From: Methanobacteriota archaeon | GTDB taxonomy: Archaea; Thermoplasmatota; Poseidoniia; Poseidoniales; Thalassarchaeaceae | Reading direction: 5' to 3' | Assembly (NCBI GenBank): GCA_004195615.1 | Contig: PSPW01000001.1 | Location: 82,881 to 146,880, forward strand | DNA length: 64,000 bases | Part shown: piece after piece, positions 38,001-47,057 of the stretch | How the letters are laid out: every line of letters begins with the position of its first letter | Position numbering within the stretch: the stretch's first letter is position 1 | Translations under genes and position numbers: made by a program | The notes under the pieces: generated by a model | What the model saw: only the letters and a program-made list of their open reading frames with translations | The model's database searches: none | Told to the model about the DNA's origin: nothing

Positions 38001-38268
38001 CTCCGAACAAGAACACGTGGCCGAAACCCTCCTCATCTAGGATCTCCTTGGTGTGAGTGAACATCTCAACGGCACCGCCTTGGTAGGAGGTGATTGCGAC
38101 TGCGTGTGCGTCCTCCTGGATGGCCGCACGTGCAACCTCGTCGGCACCCCTGTCATGCCCAAGGTGGATTACCTCGCAACCCTGGCTCTGGAGAATCCTC
38201 CGGAAGATTCCTATGGCCGCGTCGTGGCCATCGAAAATCGCGGCTGCGGTGATAATGCGAATGGGCAT
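35032..38268 (-). CDS. icmF: Fused B12-dependent acyl-CoA mutase, IcmF-like: B12-binding domain, MeaB-like G-protein, then mutase substrate-binding barrel
   Basis: N-terminal B12 motif AAAIFDGHDAAIGIF..GCEVIHLG (the DxHxxG motif). P-loop VIGITGTGGAGKSSL (MeaB/ArgK type). C-terminal methylmalonyl-CoA-mutase-like catalytic domain (YTGGVFPFRREDE...). The ATG at 38268 gives the MPIRII N-terminus. Confidence 0.85.
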   Translation of the reverse strand: MPIRIITAAAIFDGHDAAIGIFRRILQSQGCEVIHLGHDRGADEVARAAIQEDAHAVAITSYQGGAVEMFTHTKEILDEEGFGHVFLFGGGGGTILPHEIEQLRRNGISRIYSPDDGRDLGLVGMVRDAMNQASEIDLLERSRFDSISGPVDADDHGMVSLLLTMAENSHPDEFYDTLSKARSRNSESECPVIGITGTGGAGKSSLMDEVMLRIRRDNPDARVALLATDPTRKKTGGALLGDRIRMNSLSDHKLFMRSFASRDSGREIAECVDRAVETCKAVGFDLVIVETSGIGQGDDAITEVADISIYVTTREYGAPSQLEKLAALDFADIVVLNKFDRPGAEDALTEIRKQFLRNREAFDENPESMPVVPTIASQFADAGVDRLWEMMTVQLNEKFGTDFSASEPRLGPDGLPNRDTPIPPKRQGYLAEVASTVRDYHKRSEDVAKSVRQVQQLEAAAKLLESSSKRDTNQDLLDEANEIRSSIPEAAWASLNEFDSKSEAYRSGQASYTVREKEISVKTTHETLSGTRVPRVALPTTQDWGDKLLWIRKENAPGAFPYTGGVFPFRREDELPVRMFAGEGSAERTNKRYHFLSKDQSFNRLSVAFDSPSLYGNDPQERLDIFGKVCESGVSISTVDEMDRLFVGFDLCAPNTSVSMTINGNYWWHLAAFFRVAIRQQTRKFVEENGRDPSENESEEISAYALSTVRGTVQADQLKEAMGQNTLVFNLDTALRMMGDVAEFYVNNGVRNHYFVSISGYHIDEAGANPITQAALTLSNGLTYVELFKARGLDPDKFLRNFSWFFSNGMDPEYAVIGRVSRRIWAIAMRDLYGVEERGQKLKYHIQSSGRSLHSQEFTWNDYRTTLQALYALADNANSLHTNSRDEAFGTPTEDTVRDAVAIQLILTKEYGWLRNENPLQGSFVADFLTDEVEEKVLRIFEEMHSRGGVLGALEVNYQRNRIQDEGMLYEHRKHTGETPIVGVNTFTDPDSSTPSAEEFDIDVTRSDESEKMMVINRNREFKEAHSAESEECLSRLKQVAREGGNLFEVMMHIVEHCSVGQVTQALFESGGKFRRNM

Positions 38269-38433
38269 TTTCCCGCCGGAGGCTGTGATTGGGGCATCGG
38301 TTGCACCGTTCCCAAGGCTGCTTTCCACACCAACCCGAAAACATAACTCCACAAGAATGCGTTGACTGAAGAAAACAGTGTCTTGGGCATTTCCGGGACA
38401 TGCTTCAAGACTGGGTGAGAGTTCCAGGGTATA

Positions 38434-38901
38434 GTGGAAGAGCTCCCAGAAGCGATTGAAATATCTCCCCGGGGTGATGAAAGCCCGTGGGGAGGGGACT
38501 CGGGCAACTCAGGACCGGGAAGCACCATTCTCAGCGGAAATGTCACTTCTTTCGAGGGCGAAGGGGAAAATTCCCCATATTGGGCGAATCTCAACGAAGA
38601 GAGAAAGGGGCCGTCCAACGGAGGATGGTTCGCAATTGGTTTGATTTTGGCCCCGGGTGCAATGTGGTTCGTTTCTTTCATCCTCTTCATCATTGGAGAT
38701 TCAATGCCAGACGGCCCAGACGAAATATTCTACATGCTAGCTTGGTTCCTCTGGCCCGCTGGCCTGATTGGCGGATTAGTCTGGAGCTTCACGAGAGGAA
38801 GCAAGTACTTCGCATACGGTCTTCTAACCGCTTTGGCAGTGATTCCAGCGGTATTTATCCTCTCAATGATTGTCATGGTAATCGTATTCATTGGGTTCTG
38901 A
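38434..38901 (+). CDS. Hypothetical small membrane protein
   Basis: Three C-terminal TM segments. The table start is GTG, and the soluble N-terminal 60 aa may not be translated. Confidence 0.3.
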   Translation: MEELPEAIEISPRGDESPWGGDSGNSGPGSTILSGNVTSFEGEGENSPYWANLNEERKGPSNGGWFAIGLILAPGAMWFVSFILFIIGDSMPDGPDEIFYMLAWFLWPAGLIGGLVWSFTRGSKYFAYGLLTALAVIPAVFILSMIVMVIVFIGF

Positions 38902-38904
38902 GCA

Positions 38905-39528
38905 TCAGAAACCGTTCACTAGGATGTACGCGAAGAAAAACATCAGCAGCCCCATTGCCCCGTCGATGACGTGTGCCTTCGACCTCAGCATCTCGACCCT
39001 ATCCCCTGCAGTAAGAACTGTTGCTACGGTCACATACCACGTCCCATCGATGACCATCCCCAGTAGGCCCATCCCAAGGAGCGTCTCCAGGGAAGAGTCG
39101 ACTTCGATGAAGGGGGCGTACAGAGCCAGCATCCAAGCCATAATCTTGGGATTGAGAAGGGCTATCGAGAACCCCTGAGCGAAGCCGACCCTGTCCGAGG
39201 GCCCGTGTGAGTCATCGGAGCCCAAGTCCTTTTTCGGACCGGCCATGGCGTGGCGCAGGAACGTGACCCCCAACCAGAGGAGGATCAACACCCCTCCTCC
39301 CCTGAGGAATATCTCGACGTCCTCATTGGCCGAAAGGGCGGTGGCTATTCCGAGCGCTGCGAGGAATGCGTAGATGCCGAACCCTATGCCGTGCCCAATC
39401 CCTGTGGAGATGCCTTGGCTGCGACCACCAGCCATGGTGTTCCTCAGGACCACTGCCAGGGACGGTCCGGGGCTCATCGCCCCTAGCGTGAAAACGGTGG
39501 CTAGGGCGGCCCATGCGCTAGGTTCCAT
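38905..39528 (-). CDS. LysE/RhtB-family amino-acid exporter
   Basis: N-terminal LGAMSPGPSLAVVL motif characteristic of LysE-type translocators. About 200 aa with 6 TM segments. Confidence 0.8.
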   Translation of the reverse strand: MEPSAWAALATVFTLGAMSPGPSLAVVLRNTMAGGRSQGISTGIGHGIGFGIYAFLAALGIATALSANEDVEIFLRGGGVLILLWLGVTFLRHAMAGPKKDLGSDDSHGPSDRVGFAQGFSIALLNPKIMAWMLALYAPFIEVDSSLETLLGMGLLGMVIDGTWYVTVATVLTAGDRVEMLRSKAHVIDGAMGLLMFFFAYILVNGF

Positions 39529-39539
39529 TGCTTCACCGA

Positions 39540-41333
39540 CTAGGCGCCTGCGTACATGGCCTCTATCTCGTCAGCCCAGTTCTCTCTGATCTGGATCCTT
39601 CGAATCTTCAGGGTGGGAGTCAATTCGCCATGGTCAACGCTGAGATCCCTGGAGAGGATTGTGAACTTCTTCAGCTGTTCGGGATTGGAGAACTGGCCGT
39701 TGAGCCTGTCGACGTGCCCTTGGAGCTCTGCGTATATCTCCGGGCTATCGGTGTACTCGCTGAGATCGTGTCCAAACTCCTTCAGCTTTGCCAACTGCTC
39801 CACTGGGTCCTTGGGAACCTTGGCCCCGTCCATCCCGTGCTTGTCCCTCAGAATCACGCTGACGTCCAGTGTGAAGAGCGCGCTGCAGTACTTCCTGTTG
39901 TCTCCTATGAGCATGCATTGAGAAACGAGGGGAATCGACTTCATCGTCTCCTCTATCACCAGAGGTGCGATGTTCTTGCCTGCCGAGCTCACGTAGATCT
40001 CCTTGATCCGCCCGGTGACGCTGATGTACCCCTGAGAGTCCTCCCGACCTAGGTCACCTGACTTGAGCCAACCGTCTTCGGTCATCGTTTCTGCAGTCGC
40101 CTCGGGGTTGTTGTAGTAGCCCTTCATGATGTGCCGGCCGCGGAACTGTATCTCTCCGTCGCCCTTCTCGTTGGGGTCGTGGATCCTTAACTCTCCAACG
40201 AATGTCTTACCGACCGTTCCAATTTTGTTGTTGCCCTCGAATCCGAGTGTCGCGCCTGCAGTGGTCTCCGTCATGCCGTATCCCTCGAAAAGCGGGATGT
40301 CCAACTTGTGGAAGAGGTGCAGTATGTCAGGATTAATCGGGGCTGCCCCCGTGATGGCGTACTTCAGGTTGGAGAAGCCTATCTTCTGCTTCGCCTTCTT
40401 CCTGACTATTCCCTTCAGGATCGGCAGGCTTAGCCACTTTACCTTGCTCCCTAGTCCGGCTACGAGGTTCGAGTATACCTTCTCGTAGATCCGTGGGACT
40501 CCGATGAAGAGAGACGGTTCGACCTCCTTGGCGCAATCTATCGAATCAAGTGGCGAGCTGACCACGCGCATGTGCATGGCGTCCCTCACCCAAATGTGGT
40601 TGTCGGCCAGCTGGCCGAACACGTGTGCGCATGGAAGCCAAGAGACGTAACCGTCGCCCTGGTTGAACTTGGCGATGGCCGACACTCCTGCGATCTCTGC
40701 CTCGAAGTTGTCGTGGGTGAGCTCGACACCCTTGGGGTTGCCAGTAGTTCCAGAGGTGTAGATCAGAGATGCGGTGTCGTCTGGTTGGATGCTAGAGAGC
40801 CTCTCCATCACCTCGGAGTCTTTGACCTTCCTGCCTTTGGAAACAAAATCGCTCCACGATATAGATTTCGGGTGGTCCGGCATATCGACGCCATCCATCA
40901 CCACAACTGACTCTACCTTGTCCAGAGATGCGAGCGCCACGTGCAGCCGATGGGAGCACATCTTCTCGGGATCGCCCCCGTCCATTGGATTGTTCCCAAC
41001 GAAGACTATCTTGGAGTCGGAGTTGCCTACCACCCACTCTACCTCCTCTGGAGAGCAAGTGTGGTAGACGCCGACCGCAGCCCCGTTGCACATGTTGGCG
41101 GCGGAGTACGCAGCGTACCACTCCTTCCGATTGTACGAATAGATACTGAGCTTGTCCCCCTTCTGGAAGCCATGTGCGATCAGTGCCTTGGAGATGTCCA
41201 TCGCGTAGTCCAAGAACTCGGACCAAGACGTGGTGTCCCAGTTGCCATTTTCGTCCTTGGAGGAGATTGCGGCTTCGTCTGGGTAATTTTCTGCGTTATC
41301 AATCAGGTATTGGGGCGTAGTCTTCGCTGACAT
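39540..41333 (-). CDS. Long-chain acyl-CoA synthetase (AMP-forming)
   Basis: AMP-binding motif IYTSGTTGNPKGVELTH, the YGMTE region (GYGMTETTAG) and C-terminal GWLKSGDLG. The table start is TTG and the ATG is at 41333. Confidence 0.9.
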   Translation of the reverse strand: MSAKTTPQYLIDNAENYPDEAAISSKDENGNWDTTSWSEFLDYAMDISKALIAHGFQKGDKLSIYSYNRKEWYAAYSAANMCNGAAVGVYHTCSPEEVEWVVGNSDSKIVFVGNNPMDGGDPEKMCSHRLHVALASLDKVESVVVMDGVDMPDHPKSISWSDFVSKGRKVKDSEVMERLSSIQPDDTASLIYTSGTTGNPKGVELTHDNFEAEIAGVSAIAKFNQGDGYVSWLPCAHVFGQLADNHIWVRDAMHMRVVSSPLDSIDCAKEVEPSLFIGVPRIYEKVYSNLVAGLGSKVKWLSLPILKGIVRKKAKQKIGFSNLKYAITGAAPINPDILHLFHKLDIPLFEGYGMTETTAGATLGFEGNNKIGTVGKTFVGELRIHDPNEKGDGEIQFRGRHIMKGYYNNPEATAETMTEDGWLKSGDLGREDSQGYISVTGRIKEIYVSSAGKNIAPLVIEETMKSIPLVSQCMLIGDNRKYCSALFTLDVSVILRDKHGMDGAKVPKDPVEQLAKLKEFGHDLSEYTDSPEIYAELQGHVDRLNGQFSNPEQLKKFTILSRDLSVDHGELTPTLKIRRIQIRENWADEIEAMYAGA

Positions 41334-41399
41334 GGGCTTGGACAATGCATCCGGAAACTTAACTGTTGTCTAGTGAATTAAGTGTTGCAAAAACAACCT

Positions 41400-42137
41400 T
41401 CAGGGGAGCACGGCGCTGACGTTTTCGCGCCAGTCGGCCCCTCCGTTCCGATTGGCGAGGGGGGAAGCTGGGGATGGATGCCAGCACGATTTGACTCGGA
41501 TGCCCATTCCCATGAGTGCGGCATGAGCCCTCTTCTCCGCGTACTTCCCTATTCCGATGACCTCCTCCGCGCCCAGGGCCACAGCTGCCTCCCTAAGGTG
41601 TTGATCGCACCTCTCCAACAACTCATTCATCACAGGTCCGCTGATGTTGTTGGGAGTCACGTTAGTGCCCCTCGGGCCATCAAGAATCATCAACGGGCAG
41701 TGGTTGATGATGAACACCTTCTGGAAAATCTGGCTTGCGCCGCCGTACCTCTGCTGTAGAAGATCCCAAAGCCTTGTTCCAGAGACTTCCTCCTTGGGGT
41801 GGCTGAGTCCGTTAACCGGCCTGTTGGAATGCGGACTAACCGGTTGACCTACATCAATCCCAGATATTCCCAGTAGATCCCTCACGACTGAAGTAGCGGC
41901 GAATGGGACCCCCATCTGACCCATCCCATGAGGACCAGGATTCATCCCCAGCAGAATGGACTTGGCGCCGCTCCCTCCTGAACGGCGAATGAATTCCTCA
42001 TGGACTTCCCAAGCATACATCAGTGGGTTGTAAACGCAGTCTGCGACGCCGTCGGATTCCAGACGGCGAGCAATGGCTTGGGCATCGTCCCTCAGTCCGG
42101 ATGCAGCTCGAATCAGACCCTCAATTACCTCGGTCAT
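41400..42137 (-). CDS. SMUG1-family uracil-DNA glycosylase (UDG family 3)
   Basis: LGMNPGPHGMGQMGVPF matches the SMUG1 GMNPGP.GM.QTGVPF motif. CWHPSPASPLANRNG matches HPSPRNP.AN. Confidence 0.75.
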   Translation of the reverse strand: MTEVIEGLIRAASGLRDDAQAIARRLESDGVADCVYNPLMYAWEVHEEFIRRSGGSGAKSILLGMNPGPHGMGQMGVPFAATSVVRDLLGISGIDVGQPVSPHSNRPVNGLSHPKEEVSGTRLWDLLQQRYGGASQIFQKVFIINHCPLMILDGPRGTNVTPNNISGPVMNELLERCDQHLREAAVALGAEEVIGIGKYAEKRAHAALMGMGIRVKSCWHPSPASPLANRNGGADWRENVSAVLP

Positions 42138-42623
42138 CTATTGCTTCACATCCCCAAGCAAAACACCTGCTATGTCACTGAGTTCTTTGGGAGTAATCGG
42201 GAAAACTGTTTGTGGAGTCCCTCCAGCCCCCCAGACCAAATCGTATTGCATCAGATCCTCGTCCATCAGGATCGTTACTGGATTCGTGTGCCCGAAGGGA
42301 GGAACTCCACCGATTGCGAATCCCGTACTTTTCAGGACATATTCGGGACTGGCCAATCCGGGTTTGAAACCCAGGATTCGCTTCAGTTTCCTCTTCCTCT
42401 CGACCCTGTTCGAACCAGAAGTAATCACGATAATTGCTCCATCTGGTCCTTCGAAGACAATAGATTTAGCGATGTGAGCGACCTCGCACCCTAACTGGTC
42501 TGCTGCGTCCTGAGAAGTTCTGGTGCCCGCATCGTACTTCTTGGGAGATGGCGAGAATCCGATTTTCTCACACTGCGAGAGCCATAGTTCGTGGCCGTCC
42601 ATGGAATTCGCCAAAAGTATCAC
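42138..42623 (-). CDS. YbaK/ProX-type aminoacyl-tRNA deacylase
   Basis: IAKSIVF...GFAIGGVPPFGH signature of the YbaK editing domain. GTG table start, with an ATG 7 codons in. Confidence 0.8.
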   Translation of the reverse strand: MILLANSMDGHELWLSQCEKIGFSPSPKKYDAGTRTSQDAADQLGCEVAHIAKSIVFEGPDGAIIVITSGSNRVERKRKLKRILGFKPGLASPEYVLKSTGFAIGGVPPFGHTNPVTILMDEDLMQYDLVWGAGGTPQTVFPITPKELSDIAGVLLGDVKQ

Positions 42624-42709
42624 GACTTATGAGTTGGGGAGCGACGAACTTGAGAAAAGGACGGTTCGCCAGTGTAACTTTCATGACTCGGGGATAATCG
42701 GTAGCGACC

Positions 42710-44119
42710 ATGGCGTGGCCGTTCGGACCTTACGGGACGGTGATGGGAACCATTCTCCTGATGACTATCCCACTGCAGAGGCTACTGACCAGAGATGAGC
42801 CAGAGATGAGAGTTGCGTTCTCGGATCTACTCGAGGAAATCCGAGAGAGGGGATACAAGTGGCACATCTCTGTTTATCTAGTAATGTACGGATTCAAGGT
42901 ATTCATTGACCAGCACAACGAGGCAATCAAGCCCAAGGTTGGCGGATACACTCACTACGTCCATGGGCTCGAGGGAGAAGTCACCCTCTGGGTTCAAGAG
43001 ACCTTCAGAAACGATCTACTCAGCGATGTTCTTTCTTTCCACTATTTCTTCGTTTACATGTTCCTGATATGGTTCAGCCCGATGTACTACATTCTCTGCA
43101 GGGACGAGGTGATGGCCGACAAGGCGGTGCTGAACTACTTCGTTATCTACGTTCTAGCAGTTCCCCTCTACCTATTCTTCAACGTCGAAGTCACCTCCTC
43201 CTTCATCCCGGGTATGGATGCCCTGATGTATCACAAGTCGTGGAACCTGTTCTTCTTCACGGAAGTTGATCCTCTTGACAATGGATTCCCTAGTCTGCAT
43301 GTGGGAATCCCGATTGGCCTCCTGATAATCAACAGACTGCATGTTAGAGAGATTGGAATCAAGATTGAAGAGTGGCGCCATAGGGAGTTCGATCTGTTCG
43401 TGGCGGTGAATGTCCCGATCTACCTTTTCAGTATTCAGTACCTCGGGATACACTGGGTATCTGATGTGATTCCCGGAGCAATTCTAGCCATGATATGTGC
43501 TCTTTTCGTCCAAAAGATCCAACCCAAACTGAGAGGCGTACGGGAGAATGGTTGGCCTTCATTGATTCCATCCAAGAGAGTGGCATACACATCGGCTGCA
43601 TTCTCCTTACTAGGGACCTTGATCCTACTCGCAGTGGTAGTCGATGGACCTGGGACGGATGATGAGGTGCCGACAATGAGGGTCGGTCCTGGAGATGTGA
43701 ATCTCGATGTTATCGAGGTCCACAGCCTGTGGCACCCGGCAGATGTAGAGGTCAGGAACGTGGGGGATGAAATCGTCCAGGTTCTCATCATCCACAGGGA
43801 CGCGGTAGAAATTCACGCCAAGGATGGGATAATCGACTGGTCTTCCCTATCTGGCGGTGACGTGCACGTGCTGGGGCCGGGGGAAATCCTTAGCGAGCGA
43901 GTGGAAACGCCTTCGGTGTTTGACGGACATTACGTATTGGTCACACACCAAGGAGATTCCGGAATCGGCGAGGTCAGAATCAGCATAGAGTACGTGGACG
44001 GGAGCCTCCTGTGGTCTGCCATCATCTCTTCCGTTCCTGCCTTCGCAATAACTGGTCTCATCATAGGTGAATTGTATTTCTCAGAGGATGAAGTGAGCGA
44101 AAAAATCACCTATGAATAG
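42710..44119 (+). CDS. PAP2-superfamily phosphatase (membrane) with a C-terminal extracytoplasmic beta-rich domain
   Basis: PAP2 motifs PSLH and HWVSDV (the SR.....H...D type) within the 6-TM region. This is followed by a TM helix and a soluble domain of about 150 aa. Confidence 0.65.
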   Translation: MAWPFGPYGTVMGTILLMTIPLQRLLTRDEPEMRVAFSDLLEEIRERGYKWHISVYLVMYGFKVFIDQHNEAIKPKVGGYTHYVHGLEGEVTLWVQETFRNDLLSDVLSFHYFFVYMFLIWFSPMYYILCRDEVMADKAVLNYFVIYVLAVPLYLFFNVEVTSSFIPGMDALMYHKSWNLFFFTEVDPLDNGFPSLHVGIPIGLLIINRLHVREIGIKIEEWRHREFDLFVAVNVPIYLFSIQYLGIHWVSDVIPGAILAMICALFVQKIQPKLRGVRENGWPSLIPSKRVAYTSAAFSLLGTLILLAVVVDGPGTDDEVPTMRVGPGDVNLDVIEVHSLWHPADVEVRNVGDEIVQVLIIHRDAVEIHAKDGIIDWSSLSGGDVHVLGPGEILSERVETPSVFDGHYVLVTHQGDSGIGEVRISIEYVDGSLLWSAIISSVPAFAITGLIIGELYFSEDEVSEKITYE

Positions 44120-44488
44120 TCCCGATACTGCCCCCAAGCCCAGCCATGTTCCAACCCTGAAAGCAGGGTAGTTATGCCTCCATACGTACATTGACTGGAA
44201 CACCCAGAACAGGATTACAACGATGAACCAGGGTTTGAAAATCAACTGCGGGACGATTGCTAGGACCATGGCAACATTTGCACCAATGATCAAATCGATT
44301 CTACCTCCGGCTGGCTTTGGGGAGAAATACAGCATCGGGCTGAGCAATACCAAACCCATGAATGGGGCTGGGAAGACCCAACCCCAAGGTCGGGGTATCC
44401 CATCAAAGAGATGAGGCATGCAAGCGGCGGCAAATCCAACTAGGTTTGGGATTACTACTGGCCACAGCGGGGGTTCGTCCCACTTCAT
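44081..44488 (-). CDS. Hypothetical membrane protein
   Basis: Four hydrophobic segments. Overlaps the end of the PAP2 gene by 39 nt. Confidence 0.35.
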   Translation of the reverse strand: MKWDEPPLWPVVIPNLVGFAAACMPHLFDGIPRPWGWVFPAPFMGLVLLSPMLYFSPKPAGGRIDLIIGANVAMVLAIVPQLIFKPWFIVVILFWVFQSMYVWRHNYPAFRVGTWLGLGAVSGLFIGDFFAHFIL

Positions 44489-44571
44489 GACGAGTCACCC
44501 CAATGGACCCCCCATGAAGTCTACTAGTTGGGCCGGAAGGTTTTCTTTGGATTTCACGACCTCGCAGTAAC

Positions 44572-45477
44572 ATGGCGAAGGGAGAGATTGTGCTGGGTTG
44601 CCTCGCACCACACCCGCCACATGTTGTGTATGCTGAGAATCCAGAACAAAACGAGGCTTTCTCGGAAGGAGGATGGGAGACTCTGAGATGGGGTTACAAC
44701 AGACTGGCTAGGAAACTGAAAACGATTGATTACGATGCAATGGTAATCTTCACCCCTCATTGGCAGACTTACATCGGAACGCACTTCCTAGGACTACCGG
44801 AATTCAAGTCTAAGTCTGTTGATCCGGTTTTCCCGAACATCTTCCGCTTCAACTACGACATCTCGGTAGATGTGGATCTGGCTGAGAAGATGTGCGAGGT
44901 TGCCGGTGAGTTTGGGATCGTTACCAAGATGATGCGAAATCCCGACTTCAGGATCGACTACGGCACAATCACATCTTGTCATATGCTCAATCCAGATTGG
45001 GACAAACCACTCGTTACCATCAGTAGCAATAGGAATGCTCACTACTACTCTGCTGAGGTAATGAACGAGCAAGCCAGTGCATTGGGAGAAGCCTGTGCAA
45101 GGGCCATAGAAGAAAGCGGCAAGAAGGTGGTGCTAATCAGCAGTCACAGCCTTTCACACAGACACTTCGTTACTGAGTCCCCCTTGCCTGAAGACATGAG
45201 TCGTGAGCACATATACAATCACAGCCAATATGTCTGGGACATGAAGCTCGTAGATCTGATGAGGAGTGGCAAGATGAGAGAGGTAATCGACATCATGCCT
45301 GAATTCACCGAGCAGACGATTGCGGAGACCGAGGGAGGTGGCCTGACTTGGATGATGGCTGCAATGAGATATCCAAACTATCCTGCCGAGATTTACGGAT
45401 ACCAGTCAGTAATTGGAACAGGTAACCTGATTGCTGCATGGGATCCCATGGAAGCCACGCGCGAGATTGTCCTCTGA
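44572..45477 (+). CDS. Class III extradiol ring-cleavage dioxygenase, LigB-type subunit (AmnB/LigB-like)
   Basis: His-rich LigB signatures: LAPHPPH, TPHWQ and SSHSLSHRH. ATG start. Confidence 0.7.
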   Translation: MAKGEIVLGCLAPHPPHVVYAENPEQNEAFSEGGWETLRWGYNRLARKLKTIDYDAMVIFTPHWQTYIGTHFLGLPEFKSKSVDPVFPNIFRFNYDISVDVDLAEKMCEVAGEFGIVTKMMRNPDFRIDYGTITSCHMLNPDWDKPLVTISSNRNAHYYSAEVMNEQASALGEACARAIEESGKKVVLISSHSLSHRHFVTESPLPEDMSREHIYNHSQYVWDMKLVDLMRSGKMREVIDIMPEFTEQTIAETEGGGLTWMMAAMRYPNYPAEIYGYQSVIGTGNLIAAWDPMEATREIVL

Positions 45478-45486
45478 GGTGTTTGT

Positions 45487-46410
45487 TTGACGGAGCCAGA
45501 GATTCTATTCGGCATTTATTGCCCCCCTCACCCGCAACCCCTCCTCTCCCCGGAAGCTAGTGATGGCTATGGAAAGCTGAGGGATGCCTATGAAACATGC
45601 AGGAAGAGAATCGAAGAGAGCGAAGCGGACCTGATTCTGGTCTACTCCACGACATGGCCGAGCATAATCGGGCATCAGATTCAGGCACATCCCGAACCGG
45701 AATGGGTCCACGTAGACGATGACTTCCACTTCCTAGGAAGCATGCCGTACAAGTTCAGGATGGATGTAGAGTTCGCTGATGCGTTCAAGAATGCTGCTGA
45801 ATCAAGGGGACTGCAATCTAGGACGATCGAGTACGATGGATTCCCAATTGACACGGGTTCGGTCGTCGCTCTCAAGCTCCTGAACCCGGATAACCGAATA
45901 CCGGCATGCATCGTTTCCAGCAACATGTATGCAAACAGGGCCGAGACCATTGTCCTGGGCAAGTCTGCGCGTGATGCGATTCAAGAGCAGGGCAAGAAAG
46001 CCGTAGTCGTTGTAGTATCGAGCCTGTCTAACAGGATGTTCACCGAGCACATCGATCCCTCCGAGGACAGGATTCACTCTGCCAAAGACGACGAGTGGAA
46101 TCGTAAGATTCTAGAGTTCTTCGATGATGGCAGGTTGGAGGATCTGAGTCAGCTCTCGAGGGAAATTCACGGGCAGATTAGAGTGCAGAAGGTAGTCGCG
46201 TACAAGCCAGCTTGGTGGATGTCGGCCACAATGGGCCAGCATAACAACTACACTGGCGAGGTCTTGGCATACGAGGCCCTCCATGGCTCCGGAGGGGCTG
46301 TGGTGATACTGACCCCCGCCTCTGAATCGGTTGGTGACAAGGAGTTTGACGAAGATGACGTAGAACACTACCATGGGGATCGCGGAGTCTTAGACAAGGG
46401 GATGTTGTGA
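45487..46410 (+). CDS. LigB-type extradiol dioxygenase partner subunit (AmnA-like paralog)
   Basis: Same fold pattern as the upstream gene (YCPPHP..., VYSTTWPS, VVVSSLSNRMF). TTG start 9 nt after the upstream stop with a GAGGTG SD-like element. The stop overlaps the next ATG (GTGATG). Confidence 0.6.
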   Translation: MTEPEILFGIYCPPHPQPLLSPEASDGYGKLRDAYETCRKRIEESEADLILVYSTTWPSIIGHQIQAHPEPEWVHVDDDFHFLGSMPYKFRMDVEFADAFKNAAESRGLQSRTIEYDGFPIDTGSVVALKLLNPDNRIPACIVSSNMYANRAETIVLGKSARDAIQEQGKKAVVVVVSSLSNRMFTEHIDPSEDRIHSAKDDEWNRKILEFFDDGRLEDLSQLSREIHGQIRVQKVVAYKPAWWMSATMGQHNNYTGEVLAYEALHGSGGAVVILTPASESVGDKEFDEDDVEHYHGDRGVLDKGML

Positions 46411-47057
46411 TGTCTACTGAAGACGAAATGACTCACGAAGAGAAGCGAAAGAGCATGATTGACGATATCGTCGCTGCACCAACTGATGCGGTCGAGAGAA
46501 TATATGACGAGGTTGGAAAGTCATTGGCCAAGACGGCCGGAGGTGCCCTAGGAGCAGCAGCAGGGGTAGCAGTCGGAGGCCCCGTTGGAGGAATAGTTGG
46601 CGCAGTAGTGGGGAGGAAGGCTGCTGGAAAGCTAACAAGCGAAGACGGCCCCTTCATCGCCGAGGGCGGCCCATCTGCAGTCGGGGCGTACCCTCACTTG
46701 CACAGAGTGGGCGATTTGATCCTAGTCAGCGGAATGGGGCCACGTCAGCCAGGAACCAATGAAATCCCGGGTGGACCAATCAAAGACGATGAGGGGAACC
46801 CCATGGATTACGACATCAAGGCACAGACTCACGCGGTTATCAACAACATTAGAGTGATTCTGGAGGAATACGGTTCGGGACTTGAGAAGGTGGTGGACAT
46901 CCTTGTTTTCCTGACAGACATGGAACGTGATTTCAACGGGTACAACGAGGTATACGCCGAGTACTTCTCCGAGATACTGCCAGCAAGGACGACCGTGTCG
47001 GTGGATGCACTCCCGACTTCTATTGCGATCGAGCTGAAGGTCATCGCAAGAGCGTAA
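46410..47057 (+). CDS. RidA/YjgF-family deaminase with a Gly/Ala-rich N-terminal extension
   Basis: C-terminal PARTTVSVDALP...IELKVIA is typical of RidA. The N-terminal 70 aa include the glycine-zipper-like GGALGAAAGVAVGGPVGGIVGAVVG. Confidence 0.7.
   Translation: MSTEDEMTHEEKRKSMIDDIVAAPTDAVERIYDEVGKSLAKTAGGALGAAAGVAVGGPVGGIVGAVVGRKAAGKLTSEDGPFIAEGGPSAVGAYPHLHRVGDLILVSGMGPRQPGTNEIPGGPIKDDEGNPMDYDIKAQTHAVINNIRVILEEYGSGLEKVVDILVFLTDMERDFNGYNEVYAEYFSEILPARTTVSVDALPTSIAIELKVIARA

Noticed and set aside
38434-38700. Possible N-terminal soluble domain of the small membrane ORF
   Set aside because: The table start is GTG, and the first 60 or so codons lie in the region immediately downstream of the divergent icmF start. 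The real protein probably begins at an internal Met (MWFVSF...). The feature is kept at low confidence only.
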